Part shown: positions 13,401-25,504 of the stretch, piece after piece
How the letters are laid out: each line of letters begins with the position of its first letter
How positions within the stretch are numbered: position 1 is the stretch's first letter
Source of the DNA: Macrostomum hystrix
Taxonomy: Eukaryota > Animalia > Platyhelminthes
NCBI GenBank assembly: GCA_950097015.1
Contig: CATNEN010000034.1
Coordinates: forward strand, 3,596,001 to 3,660,000
Length of the DNA: 64,000 bases
Direction of reading: 5' to 3'
Program-made: the position numbers and the translations under genes
The notes under the pieces: model-generated
Databases searched by the model: none
What the model saw: the letters and a program-made list of their open reading frames with translations, nothing else
Told to the model about the DNA's origin: nothing

Positions 13401-14750
13401 GTATTCCATATAATCCCACTTTCGATGCAGCAGCAAAGGCTTTTCCCAGCTTTCCGCTCCATGCCTTGGCTTGAAATGGCAAAGCGAATCCATAACAGGT
13501 GCAAATAGGTCACAGTTTTGGCAGGTGTAAACTGTGCGAATTTTCAGACTGCAAGACCTCCCGCGGATTTGGTTAAGACAGTCAACAAAAAGGCTTTGTG
13601 AATGGGAATTGGCTTTACTGGGATGGGTTAACATGAAATTGGGTACAGCTGTGCACTGTTGTATTATATAAAAATTCGATTCATAAAAGTAAATCACGTA
13701 GCTAATCTATTTTTAATTCTGTGCTCATCACTATGGTCTATCCCATGTTCTGTGGTCCGTGCTGAGGTCCATACTGTGATACATCATGTGGTATAATATA
13801 TTGTATATCATGCGGTATATTCTATGGTATATTCTATGGTATATCATGCGGTATATTCTATGGTATATCATATGGTAAATCATGCGGTATATTCTATGGT
13901 AAATCATGCGGTATATTCTATGGTATATCATATGGTAAATCATGCGGTATATTCTATGGTATATCATATGGTATATCATGCGGTGTATACTATGGTATAT
14001 TCTATGGCATATCATATGGTATATCATGCGGTGTATACTATGGTATATTCTATGGTATATCATATGGTATATCATGCGGTGTATACTATGGTATATTCTA
14101 TGGTATATCATAAGGTATATCATGCGGTGTATACTATGGTATATTCTATGGTATATCATAAGGTATATCATGCGGTGTATACTATGGTATATTCTATGGT
14201 ATATCATATGGGTATATCATTCGGTATATTCTATGGTATATTCTATGGTATATCATATGGTATATTATGCGGTATATTCTATGGTTTATTCTATGGTATA
14301 TCATATGGGTATATCATGCGGTATATTCTATGGTTTATTCTATGGTATATCATATGGGTATATCATGCGGTATATTCTATGGTTTATTCTATGGTATATC
14401 ATATGGGTATATCATGCGGTATATTCTATGGTATATTCTATGGTATATCATATGGGTATATCATTCGGTATATTCTATGGTATATCATATGGTATATCAT
14501 ATGGGTATATCATGAGGGTATATCACGTGGTAAATCATGTGGTATAGGTACATTCTATGGTATATCATGCGGTACTATTACATGTACTAATTTTAGTTTA
14601 ATCTATTTAATTATCCAGCTATTTGTACACCAAGAAGACCATGATAATCTCCCTCCATCTCTTTCAGTCGCTCACTGTCTCCCAGAATTCCCCTCCGGTG
14701 TCATATATAATCCCGGGCCGCATGTCATTTTCTGTTCTGTCGCAGGTATT
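10429..14750 (-). CDS. Candidate antisense/nested protein-coding gene, 3' exons; product unknown
   Basis: Three phase-0 exon candidates: 14750..14676 (NTCDRTENDMRPGIIYDTGGEFWET, donor ACA|GTGAGC), 13464..13324 (AWSGKLG..GRVRVMAL, donor CTG|GTAAGT), 10767..10429 (GLEFSC..YLN*). They concatenate without stops. No family was recognised. Confidence 0.35.
10790..13235. repeat. 17-bp satellite array 1 (aatcccaatcactgaag) with higher-order blocks
   Basis: About 144 copies; a rare variant block (cactggag..cacttaag) recurs at 11103, 11851 and 12565. Confidence 0.98.
13815..14572. repeat. 12-bp-based minisatellite (tatggtatattc/tatggtatatca/tgcggtatattc)
   Basis: Visible array; source of the MVYH/IYHR pseudo-ORFs. 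Confidence 0.95.
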
Positions 14751-15181
14751 CTTCAGGCAAATAAACAACACCAGAGGCCTTCGGGTGGAGTGAAGCAGAT
14801 TTGACATTTTTAAAAGGCTTTATTTTTGTGGTGGAAAATAGGAGTTACTACAGGGCATTCGCATACCAATGTTGGTCAATGTCTAGTGTCAGCATGTCTG
14901 CTATAGCAGCAGGCTAGTCTATAATAAGCGCATTCAATTTGTACTTTATTTACAAAAACGCAATTAACGGTTTAAGCATTAAAAAGCGTTGTGGAACGAG
15001 TCGAAAAAAGAATTGAACTTTTTAATATTGTTTTATGTTACTCATATTTGAATGCTGTATTTATAGACTAAAACATCGCAACTATAGAAAACATTTATGT
15101 CAAAAATTACAAAGAAAAATAACCTAGAAATCATTAAGCAAACAGGAGACTGTAAGACAAGAACGATATTGAAGAATGAAA

Positions 15182-16228
15182 GTAGGTAGGGCAGAGGGTA
15201 GATAGGTAGTGCAGAGGGTAGATAGGTAGGGCAGAGGGTAGATAAGCGGGGCAGAGGGTAGATAGGTAGGGCAGAGGGTAGATAGGTAGGGTAGATGGTA
15301 GATAGGTAGGGCAGAAGGAAGAGTGGTAGGGCAGAAAGTAGATTGGTAGTGCAGATGGTAGATAGGTAGGGTAGATGGTAGATAAGTAGGGCAGAGGTTA
15401 GATAGGTAGGGCAGAAGGTAGATTGATAGGGCAGAAGGTAGATTGGTAGGGCAGAGGGTAGATAGGCAGGGCAGAGGGCAGATAGGCAGGGCAGAAAGTA
15501 GATAGGTAGTGCAGATGGTAGATAGGTAGGGCAGAGGGTAGTTAGGTAGTGTAGATGGTAGATAGGTAGGGCAGAAGGTAGATTGGTAGGGCAGAAGGTA
15601 GATAGGTAGGGCAGAAAGTAGATAGGTAGTGCAGATGGTAGATTGGTAGGGCAGATGGTAGATAGGTAGGGCAGAGGGTAGTTAGGTAGTGTAGATGGTA
15701 GATAGGTAGGGCAGAAGGTAGATTGGTAGGGCAGAAAGTAGATAGGTAGGGCAGAAGGTAGATTGGTAGGGCAGAGGGTAGATAGGTAGGGCAGAAAGTA
15801 GATAGGTAGGGCAAAAGGTAGATTGGTAGGGCAGAAAGTAGATAGGTAGTGCAGATGGTAGATCGGTAGGGTAGATGGTAGATAGGTAGTGCAGAAGGTA
15901 GATTGGTAGGGCAGAAAGTAGATAGGTATTGCAGATGGTAGATAGGTAGGGCATAAGGTAGATTGGTAGGGCAGAAGGTAGATAGGTAGGGCAGAGGGTA
16001 GATAGGTAGGGCAGAGGGTAGATAGGCAGGGCAGAAGGTAGATTGGTAGGGCAGAGGGTAGATTGGCAGGGCAGAAGGTAGATAGGTAGTGCAGATGGTA
16101 GATTGGTAGGGCAGAGGGTAGATAAGCAGGGCAGAAGGTAGATAGGTAGTGCAGATGGTAGATTGGCAGGGCAGAGGGTAGATAGGTAGGGCAGAGGGTA
16201 GATAAGCAGGGCAGAAGGTAGATTGGTA
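15182..16228. repeat. 20-bp purine-rich minisatellite (gtagataggtagggcagagg)
   Basis: About 52 copies with exact 20-bp phase. Confidence 0.97.
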
Positions 16229-16734
16229 GGTGAATCGGCAAATTCCATTTCGATATCGAAGGCTATAAATGCTTGGGAATCTCGGTACAAATCTGGCCTG
16301 ATTGCAGGCCCAGTCCTTCATGTCAGAGTTCCACTCTGAAGACAATATCAAAGTGCTGGCGGCGCAGCCTGAGGTGATGCTTTGGGAGTTGATGAAGAAA
16401 TTAGATTAAACGGCTGTGCCAGGAATTTCTTATAATCGCTAGACTAGTGTTAAAAGTCTCTTCTGTATAGCTAAATATACCATGGATGCATACAAACAGT
16501 GTACTGGGGATATGGAATTTGTGCGAGCACAGTTGGCTGGCTTGGCTCGCTAAATGTGGCCAATTTGTCCCTAATGGACCGATTTGGGATACTCTAACAC
16601 TTAGGGGATTATTTGGGATTTGTACTTTTTTAGTGCCCCGAGTGAGAAGTGTTGACAACGCCATTTTTGTAAGGTACGGGGTTTATTAAATTTCTGAAAG
16701 TTATTTTAAACCTCTCCACTACCTATTTACCATC

Positions 16735-17388
16735 TCCGCTACACTTCTACCCCTCCCCTTTCTGTCTACCCTCTCCCCTACCTATCTACCCTTTCTCCTT
16801 TCTATCTACCCTCTCCCCTTCCTATCTACCCTCTCCCCTACCTATCTAGTCTCTCCTTTCCCTATCTACCCTCTCCTCTTTCTATCTACCCTAACCCCTA
16901 CCTATCTACCCTCTTCCCTACCTATCTACCCTCTCTCCTTTCTATCTACCCTCTCCCCTTCCTATCTACCCTCTCCCCTTCCTATCTACCCTCTCACCTT
17001 CCTATCTACCCTCTCCCCTACCTATCTACCCTCTCCCCTACCTATCTAGTCTCTCCTTTCCCTATCTACCCTCTCCCCTTCCTATCTACCCTCTCCTCTT
17101 TCTATCTACCCTCTCCCCTACCTATGTACCCTCTCCCCTACCTATCTACCCTCTCCCCTACCTATCTACCCTCTCCCCTACCTATCTAGTCTCTCCTTTC
17201 CCTATCTACCCTCTCCCCTTCCTATCTACCCTCTCCTCTTTCTATCTACCCTCACCCCTTCCTATCTACCCTCACCCCTTCCTATCTACCCTCTCCCCTT
17301 CCTATCTACCCTCTCCCCTTCCTATCTACCCTCTCCCCTACCTATCTAGTCTCTCCTCTCCCTATCTACCCTCCCCTTCTCCTATCTG
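16735..17388. repeat. 20-bp pyrimidine-rich minisatellite (cctctcccctacctatctac), inverted relative of 15182-16228
   Basis: About 32 copies; the unit is the reverse complement of the 15-kb unit at 19/20 positions. Confidence 0.95.
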
Positions 17389-18069
17389 CTATCTGCTGTT
17401 CGATCCAAAAGTAGCAGCTAATCCCCTAGCCGATTTTCCATCTATTTGGAGAACAAGCCCATTTAGAAAAAGCGGAAATAACTTTAGTACCATTTGTTTA
17501 ACACAGGGGTTGAAGCTGGTCATTTTTAAGGCTTAGAATGCATTTTTTCAGTTCGGTATTCGAATACCAATTTTCCACTTTAATCCCCTGAGGCCTCTTT
17601 CAAATAGAATTATTTTCAGCATTCTTACAGTCTGATTGGCACAAGCTTCATCGAACAATGCGATAATGCACAACGGAACAAATAGCTAACAAAACCTGTA
17701 CTAACTTGCCTGTGGGATATCCATTAACCTTTTTCAGTCTGCATAGCAGGGTGGCTTGTATCAGTATTCCATAAGCAGATTTTGCACCTGGCAACTAAAT
17801 ACTGGGCGATTGATTGAGGCTATTGAATGGCTTCGCTGCCAACTTTGGGATAAATTGCTAAGAATACTGCAGTCCTAATAAAGCAGAATGATCTATAGGT
17901 CTTTACATCAAGTGTTTGATGAATCTGCTGGATATATTCTGGTTTAGAACGAACAGATAGCAACCTTAGATCCTCTGCATAGTTATTGGAATTATTACTG
18001 CCCCGATCCAGAGCCACAAGCTGAAGAGCTGATCGACTATCTTTTTTTATTCAGAAAGCAGCTAACTAT

Positions 18070-18310
18070 TCACCCTGACCAATCATAGAATAGCAAGTCA
18101 TTCCACCCCTGACCAATCAGAGCCCTGACCAATCAGAGAATAGCAAGTTATTTTACCCCTGACCAATCAGAGAATAGCAAGTCATTCCACCCCTGACCAA
18201 TCAGAGAGTAGCAAGTTATTTTACCCCTGACCAATCAGAGAATAGCAAGTCATTCTACCCCCTAACTAGCCAATCAGGCAAACGCTATTATATCCTTGGT
18301 GACCAATCAA
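18070..18310. promoter_or_regulatory. Cluster of 8 CCAAT boxes (mostly GACCAATCAG) in a 34-bp repeat
   Basis: CCAAT at 18079, 18113, 18129, 18163, 18197, 18231, 18270 and 18303; matches NF-Y consensus RRCCAATSR. Function is inferred. Confidence 0.45.
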
Positions 18311-18889
18311 CAAATAGCCGTTTGTTCAATTTTCTTACCAATACGATAACAAAAGAACTTTTTAAAAAATTCAAAATTGAATCTGAGAAAAAATAAGCTA
18401 AATCTAAAGAAGAAAACTTTTGTAGGCTATTAAAAGACTATTTTAAGTGGTGCAGCAGCGAAAATCAGAAAAAGTCAGCGTTACAATTTGCATTAGAACT
18501 CTAAACACTGAGTAAAATGTAATACTACGAGTATAAAAAACTGATTTTACAAACTCCATTCTCCATTCTCTAAACTCTCAAATTCCGTACTCAAATGAGG
18601 TATAGCAGAAGATTGGCTCACTGATTGTCATGGCGCCATTGAGTCGGCAGATGCGGTCGAGTCATTAACTATTCATCACCCAATTGGATGAACCCGCTGA
18701 ATATTATACCAGCTAAGGCTCACCTGAGCTCAACTCCTTTCACATTGAAATTTGAGATTGTTTTTTTAAGAGGCAACTTAATTGAATTATTTTGGATTCT
18801 TCCATTACAAACAGTGCCGTAAAGAACTCGTGATTTTCTCTTTTTTACAAGCGAGGAGGCAGTTCTGCTGAGCACACACAGACACAAAA

Positions 18890-21326
18890 TCACTGATAAT
18901 TCCCAATCACTGAAAAATCACAATCAGAAAGATCTAACCAATCGCTAAAGAATCCCAATCACTGAAGAATCCCTATCACAGAAGAATCCCTATCACAGAA
19001 GAATCCCAATCACTGAAGAATCCCAATCACTGAAGAATCCCAATTACTGAAGAATCCCAATCACTGAAGAATCCCAATCACTGAAGAATCCCATTCACTG
19101 AAGAATCCCATTCACTGAAGAATCCCATTCACTGAAGAATCCCAATCACTGAAGAATCCCATTCACTGAAGAATCCCATTCACTGAAGAATCCCAATCAC
19201 TGAAGAATCCCAATCACTGAAGAATCCCTATCACTGAAGAATCCCATTCACTGAAGAATCCCAATCACTGAAGAATCCCAATCACTGAAGAATCCCTATC
19301 ACTGAAGAGTCCCAATCACTGACGAATCCCAATCACTGACGAATCCCAATCACTGACGAATCCCAATCACTGAAGAATCCCAATCACTGAAGAATCCCAA
19401 TCACTGAAGAATCCCAATCACTGAAGAATCCCAATCACTGAATAATCCCAGTCACTGAAGTAACCCAATCACTGAAGAATCCCATTCACTGAAGTATCCC
19501 AATCACTGAAGAATCCCAATCACTGAAGAATCCCAATCACTGAAGAATCCCAATCACTGAAGAATCCCAATCACTGAAGAATCCCAATCACTGACGAATC
19601 CCAATCACTGACGAATCCCAATCACTGAAGAATCCCAATCACTGAAGAATCCCTATCACTGAAGAGTCCCAATCACTGACGAATCCCAATCACTGACGAA
19701 TCCCAATCACTGACGAATCCCAATCACTGAAGAATCCCAATCACTGAAGAATCCCAATCACTGAAGAATCCCTATCACTGAAGAGTCCCAATCACTGACG
19801 AATCCCAATCACTGACGAATCCCAATCACTGACGAATCCCAATCACTGAAGAATCCCAATCACTGAAGAATCCCAATCACTGACGAATCCCAATCACTGA
19901 AGAATCCCAATCACTGAATAATCCCAGTCACTGAAGTAACCCAATCACTGAAGAATCCCATTCACTGAAGTATCCCAATCACTGAAGAATCCCAATCACT
20001 GAAGAATCCCAATCACTGAAGAATCCCAATCACTGAAGAATCCCAATCACTGAAGAATCCCAATCACTGACGAATCCCAATCACTGAAGAATCCCAATCA
20101 CTGAAGAATCCCAATCACTGACGAATCCCAATCACTGACGAATCCCAATCACTGAAGAATCCCAATCACTGACGAATCCCAATCACTGAAGAATCCCAAT
20201 CACTGAAGAATCCCAATCACTGACGAATCCCAATCACTGAAGAATCCCAATCACTGAAGAATCCCAATCACTGAAGAATCCCAATCACTGAAGAATCCCA
20301 ATCACTGAAGAATCCCAATCACTGAAGAATCCCAATCACTGAAGAATCCCAATCACTGAAGAATCCCAATCACTGAAGAATCCCAATCACTGAAGAATCC
20401 CAATCACTGAAGAATCCCAATCACTGACGAATCCCAATCACTGACGAATCCCAATCACTGAAGAATCTCAATCACTGAAGAATCCCATTCACTGAAGAAT
20501 CCCAATCACTGAAGAATCCCAATCACTGAAGAATCCCAATCACTGAAGAATCCCAATCACTGAAGAATCCCAATCACTGAAGAATCCCAATCACTGAAGA
20601 ATCCCAATCACTGAAGAATCCCAATCACTGACGAATCCCAATCACTGACGAATCCCAATCACTGAAGAATCTCAATCACTGAAGAATCCCATTCACTGAA
20701 GAATCCCAATCACTGAAGAATCCCAATCACTGAAGAATCCCAATCACTGAAGAATCCCAATCACTGAAGAATCCCAATCACTGAAGTAACCCAATCACTG
20801 AAGAATCCCAATCACTGAAGTAACCCAATCACTGAAGAATCCCAATCACTGAAGAATCCCAATCACTGAAGAATCCCAATCACTGAAGTAACCCAATCAC
20901 TGAAGAATCCCATTCACTGAAGTATCCCAATCACTGAAGAATCCCAATCACTGAAGAATCCCAATCACTGAAGAATCCCAATCACTGACGAATCCCAATC
21001 ACTGACGAATCCCAATCACTGACGAATCCCAATCACTGACGAATCCCAATCACTGACGAATCCCAATCACTGACGAATCCCAATCACTGAAGAATCCCAA
21101 TCACTGACGAATCCCAATCACTGACGAATCCCAATCACTGACGAATCCGAATCACTGACGAATCCCAATCACTGAAGAATCCCAATCACTGACGAATCCC
21201 AATCACTGAAGAATCCCAATCACTGACGAATCCCAATCACTGACGAATCCCAATCACTGACGAATCCGAATCACTGACGAATCCCAATCACTGAAGAATC
21301 CCAATCACTGAAGAATCCCAATCACA
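18890..21326. repeat. 17-bp satellite array 2 (same unit and orientation as 10790-13235)
   Basis: About 140 copies, with more ctgacgaa variants than array 1. Confidence 0.98.
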
Positions 21327-21374
21327 AAAAATACAATGCAGGGCCTCAACTTTCAAGTAAAAAATCGGCAACCC

Positions 21375-21602
21375 TTCCTCCCCACCCCAACGCCACCCCA
21401 GGAGATGACATCACAGTGACCCTTACTCCCCACCCCAACGCCACCCCAGGAGATGACATCACAGTGACCCTTCCTCCCCACCCCAACGCCACCCCAGGAG
21501 ATGACATCACAGTGACCCTTACTCCCCACCCCAACGCCACCCCAGGAGATGACATCACAGTGACCCTTCCTCCCCACCCCAACGCCACCCCAGGAGATGA
21601 CA
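21375..21602 (+). repeat. 48-bp x5 repeat spanning an intron/exon junction
   Basis: Unit contains ccccaccccaacgccaccccag|gagatgacatc; AG| gives exon starts at 21402, 21450, 21498, 21546 and 21594. Confidence 0.9.
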
Positions 21603-22243
21603 TCATAGTGATCGTGGCGTCCGCCTCGGTGGTCTCCGTGCTCATTATCGCCACATGCGTCATGTTCGCCGCTGTTGTGCGCGTGCGCAGACTTCGCCGA
21701 GGTCAGCGCCAGCTCCGAAGCACGCGAGAAAACAAATTGTCAACGCTTCCCATACCGGCCAATGAAGATTGCATCATTCAGCAAGCTGGAAGTGGACAGC
21801 AACAGCAGCAGCAGCAGCAGCAGCAGCAAAATCAACAGAGGCAGCAGAATCAGCAAGCAATGTGCTTCTTGCTTCCAAGTCCTCAAGTTCCAACTTGCGA
21901 GCAGCTCCTACTTCATCAGCAAGCTCTGCCCACCTGCAATTCTCCACTGCTACCGCAGCAGCAGCAGCAGCAGCAGCAGCAGATTTTATTGCGACCGATC
22001 TTGACTCGCTCCACATCCGCAACACTGGGCGGAGGCGCCGCTTCGCCGCAGGGCTCCATCCAGTCGTCCTCGGACACGCCTAGCGGCTACGCCACAGTCA
22101 GCAACAGCAGCGGCGGCACTGTTCGATTCAGCCAGTTCAGCGACATGTACTTTTATTCGCCAAACTCGTGTCCAATCAGGCCCGGATTGGAGGGCGTCTC
22201 CGAGGAGCCCGGATACACGCCGAGAGGAGTGTCCTTTGTTTGA
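21402..22243 (+). CDS. Terminal exon: transmembrane helix plus Gln-rich cytoplasmic tail with PDZ-type C-terminus; probably the 3' end of the SUEL gene
   Basis: Hydrophobic IIVIVASASVVSVLIIATCVMFAAVV is followed by basic RVRRLRR. The protein ends -VSFV* (class I PDZ pattern). The phase-1 acceptor is compatible with the donor at 10401. AATAAA at 22326. Confidence 0.8.
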
Positions 22244-23699
22244 GCTTTATATTGCTCAGAAAGTATAGAGATTTAGGGATTTGGCTATCAACATCGAAGG
22301 CGTGTACATAGTATCGACCAATCACAATAAAGACAGAATAATCTGAAGTGCGTCTATAAATAGCATTTTGTTATTGTTATCGTTATTGAAGAAAGAAAAT
22401 TTTAATGAATACGGCCCCTTCTCTGACCTTCTTATTGTCAAATATTAAACCTCCTAATAACTAATGACTAAGCTCTCGTGCTGATTGTGACCATAATTAA
22501 TCGCCCAGTGTAATGATAATAATTTAATTTTTCCTACCAAATTATATTACTTATGAGCTTAAAAGTTATACTTCGACTGCCATTTATACACTAAAGTGAA
22601 TTTGAGACCATGCATTGTTGCATTCTTTTGCTAGCCATTTGATGTATTGCTATAAATAATGTTTGATGTTTCTGTTCAATATAAATTCCATATCAAAAAC
22701 GCAGCACGCGTGTTTATGTTAGAATTTTCTTTCTAAGCAATGCACCGATCGGATGATAATAATGATATAGCTTTTGAGAAAACACTGTTTGGTAAGCTGC
22801 ATTTTTACTTTAACTAAAAATTCAATATTTTTAAAACTGTTTTTGTAATCAACGTACATTAAAGTACATACATACCAAAAGTACATTTGGCATAAAAAGT
22901 ACATAAGTGTCATTAAGTACATTTCATCATAAAAGTACATTTGAGACAAAAGTAAATTCCATCCAAAAGGTTTCAGTAAAATTCCGATAATCTTCCGAAT
23001 CCCGATAAGCTTTTGCGATTAACCGAAAAAAATACAGCTCTACGATCGCACTCAATAAAGACCCAATCAATAAGGACGGATGAAGTGCAGAAGCCACAGA
23101 GAGACAGAAAGAGTAAAAGAATCGGTTGAAATAAAGAAAGTTTGAGGAATCAAACTTTCGTAGTGTGAAACACGAGCACAAGTTAATTAATTGTCTGCCT
23201 TCTCTCTACTCAGTGTTCAGCGAACACCAGAATTCCACACCGAGCACAGACTGTGCCGTGTCAGTTGACCGCGAAATCCAATTCAAACTCGACACTCAGG
23301 AGGGACTCGGGCCGCCCCCCCATCGCTACTCTCCACTAAACCCCCCGGCGAGTGCAAGAGTCCCCCCCAGCCTGATTGATCTGCCGACCAGGACCAGAGA
23401 CCAAGTCTTCCAAGCTGACTTTTTACAAATGTGTATTGCAATATATATACGGGTACATATAGCATAAGTATGTATGCGGGTATCGCTGCGGTGAAAGGGC
23501 GCATGCTTCACCGGTTTCAATCTCAGTTTTATTTTTGATTGACCGAGCGACTAATTTTAGTTTTAAAAAGTAAAAGTCTGCACTCTGTAAACACATTGCC
23601 ATCTACCACTGCAGCATAGTTTATGATGATACGCTATCAGGTCTGAATATCCAAAGCAGAAAAATGCGGTCTAAAGCTGTAGTTTACAGTAGAAGTTAG

Positions 23700-24838
23700 A
23701 AGCTGTAACTACAGTATGAAGCTGTAACTACAGTATGAAGCTGTAACTACAGTATGAAGCTGTAACCACTGTCTGAAGCTGTAACTACTGTATGAAGCTG
23801 TAGCTACTGTATGAACCTGTAACCACTGTCTGAAGCTGTAGCTACTGTATGAACCTGTAACCACTGTCTGAAGCTGTAGCTACTGTATGAACCTGTAACC
23901 ACTGTCTGAAGCTGTAGCTACTGTATGAAGCTGTAACCACTGTCTGAAGCTGTAACTACTGTATGAAGCTGAAGCTACTGTATGAAGCTGTAACCACTGT
24001 CTGAAGCTGTAGCTACTGTATGAAGCTATAACCACTGTCTGAAGCTGTAGCTACTGTATGAAGCTGTAACCACTGCCTGAAGCTGTAGCTACTGTATGAA
24101 GCTGTAACCACTGCCTGAAGCTGTAGCTACTGTATGAAGCTGTAACCACTGTCTGAAGCTGTAGCTACTGTATGAAGCTGTAACTACAGTATGAAGCTGT
24201 AACCACTGTCTGAAGCTGTAGCTACTGTATGAATCTGTAACCACTGTCTGAAGCTGTAGCTACTGTATGAACCTGTAACCACTGTCTGAAGCTGTAGCTA
24301 CTGTATGAAGCTGTAACCACTGTCTGAAGCTGTAACTACTGTATGAAGCTGTAGCTACTGTATGAAGCTGTAACCACTGTCTGAAGCTGTAGCTACTGTA
24401 TGAAGCTGTAACCACTGCCTGAAGCTGTAGCTACTGTATGAAGCTGTAACTACAGTATGAAGCTGTAACCACTGCCTGAAGCTGTAGCTACTGTATGAAG
24501 CTGTAACTACAGTATGAAGCTGTAACCACTGTCTGAAGCTGTAGCTACTGTATGAACCTGTAACCACTGCCTGAAGCTGTAACTACAGTATGAAGCTGTA
24601 TTGCCTGTAACCACTGTCTGAAGCTGTAGCTACTGTATGAAGCTGTAACCACTGCCTGAAGCTGTAACTACAGTATGAAGCTGTATTGCCTGTAACCACT
24701 GTCTGAAGCTGTAGCTACTGTATGAAGCTGTAACCACTGTCTGAAGCTGTAGCTACAGTATGAAGCTGTATTGCCTGTAACCACTGTCTGAAGCTGTAGC
24801 TACTGTATGAAGCTGTAACCACTGCCTGAAGCTGTAAG
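23700..24838. repeat. 19-bp minisatellite with 38-bp dimer structure (tgaagctgtagctactgta / tgaagctgtaaccactgtc)
   Basis: Visible array. Confidence 0.96.
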
Positions 24839-25504
24839 TACTGTCTTGTAATTTTTTCGACATTCAAATTAAGATGAAAAGCAAATATAAATTTTTATCT
24901 TTTTGTCGTTACATAAAAAAGAAGTTTAGAAACTATAATATAAAGAAAACATCACAGAAACATTTATTTTCAAAAAGAATACGCACTAAACAAAAAGTAA
25001 GACAGACTACAGAACAAGTTAATATTGCTATAAATATTACAATAGAAAAGTCTAAATACGTGCAGCCGTAGAAAAAGAAAATTAGGATACGAAATAAGTC
25101 GCTTGTCATTGCGAAATCTAAATAGATTTTATCTACTTGTCTACAACAAACTATAATATGAGCATTCGTAAAAAAATAGAAAAAAGTAGAAGCTCAAAAA
25201 TCCTGGGACAAACATAGAAACTGTTAAAAGTAAAAGTATAAAAGTGCCCGTGCATTGAAGGCTAAAAATATATATAGTACACACAATTTATGCTTACAAT
25301 CAGGGGCTACACTGCACTATCATCACTGCCTACTAACATAATATATATATAAGTAGAGTGTACAGAAAATGTATGTAATTCTGTTCTGAGAAGATGAAAA
25401 TATTCTTTGGATACCACCGCATTGAAAGTGAATGGTAAGAAATTGCTTTCCGCAAGTTAAAATTAAGCCTCTGACAAACTGATCAGATGTACAAAAATGT
25501 ACAG

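Noticed and set aside
23165-23520. GC-rich island with short ORFs and a small hairpin (cggtgaa..ttcaccg)
   Set aside because: No recognisable protein, no coherent splice sites, and no Helitron CTRR end.
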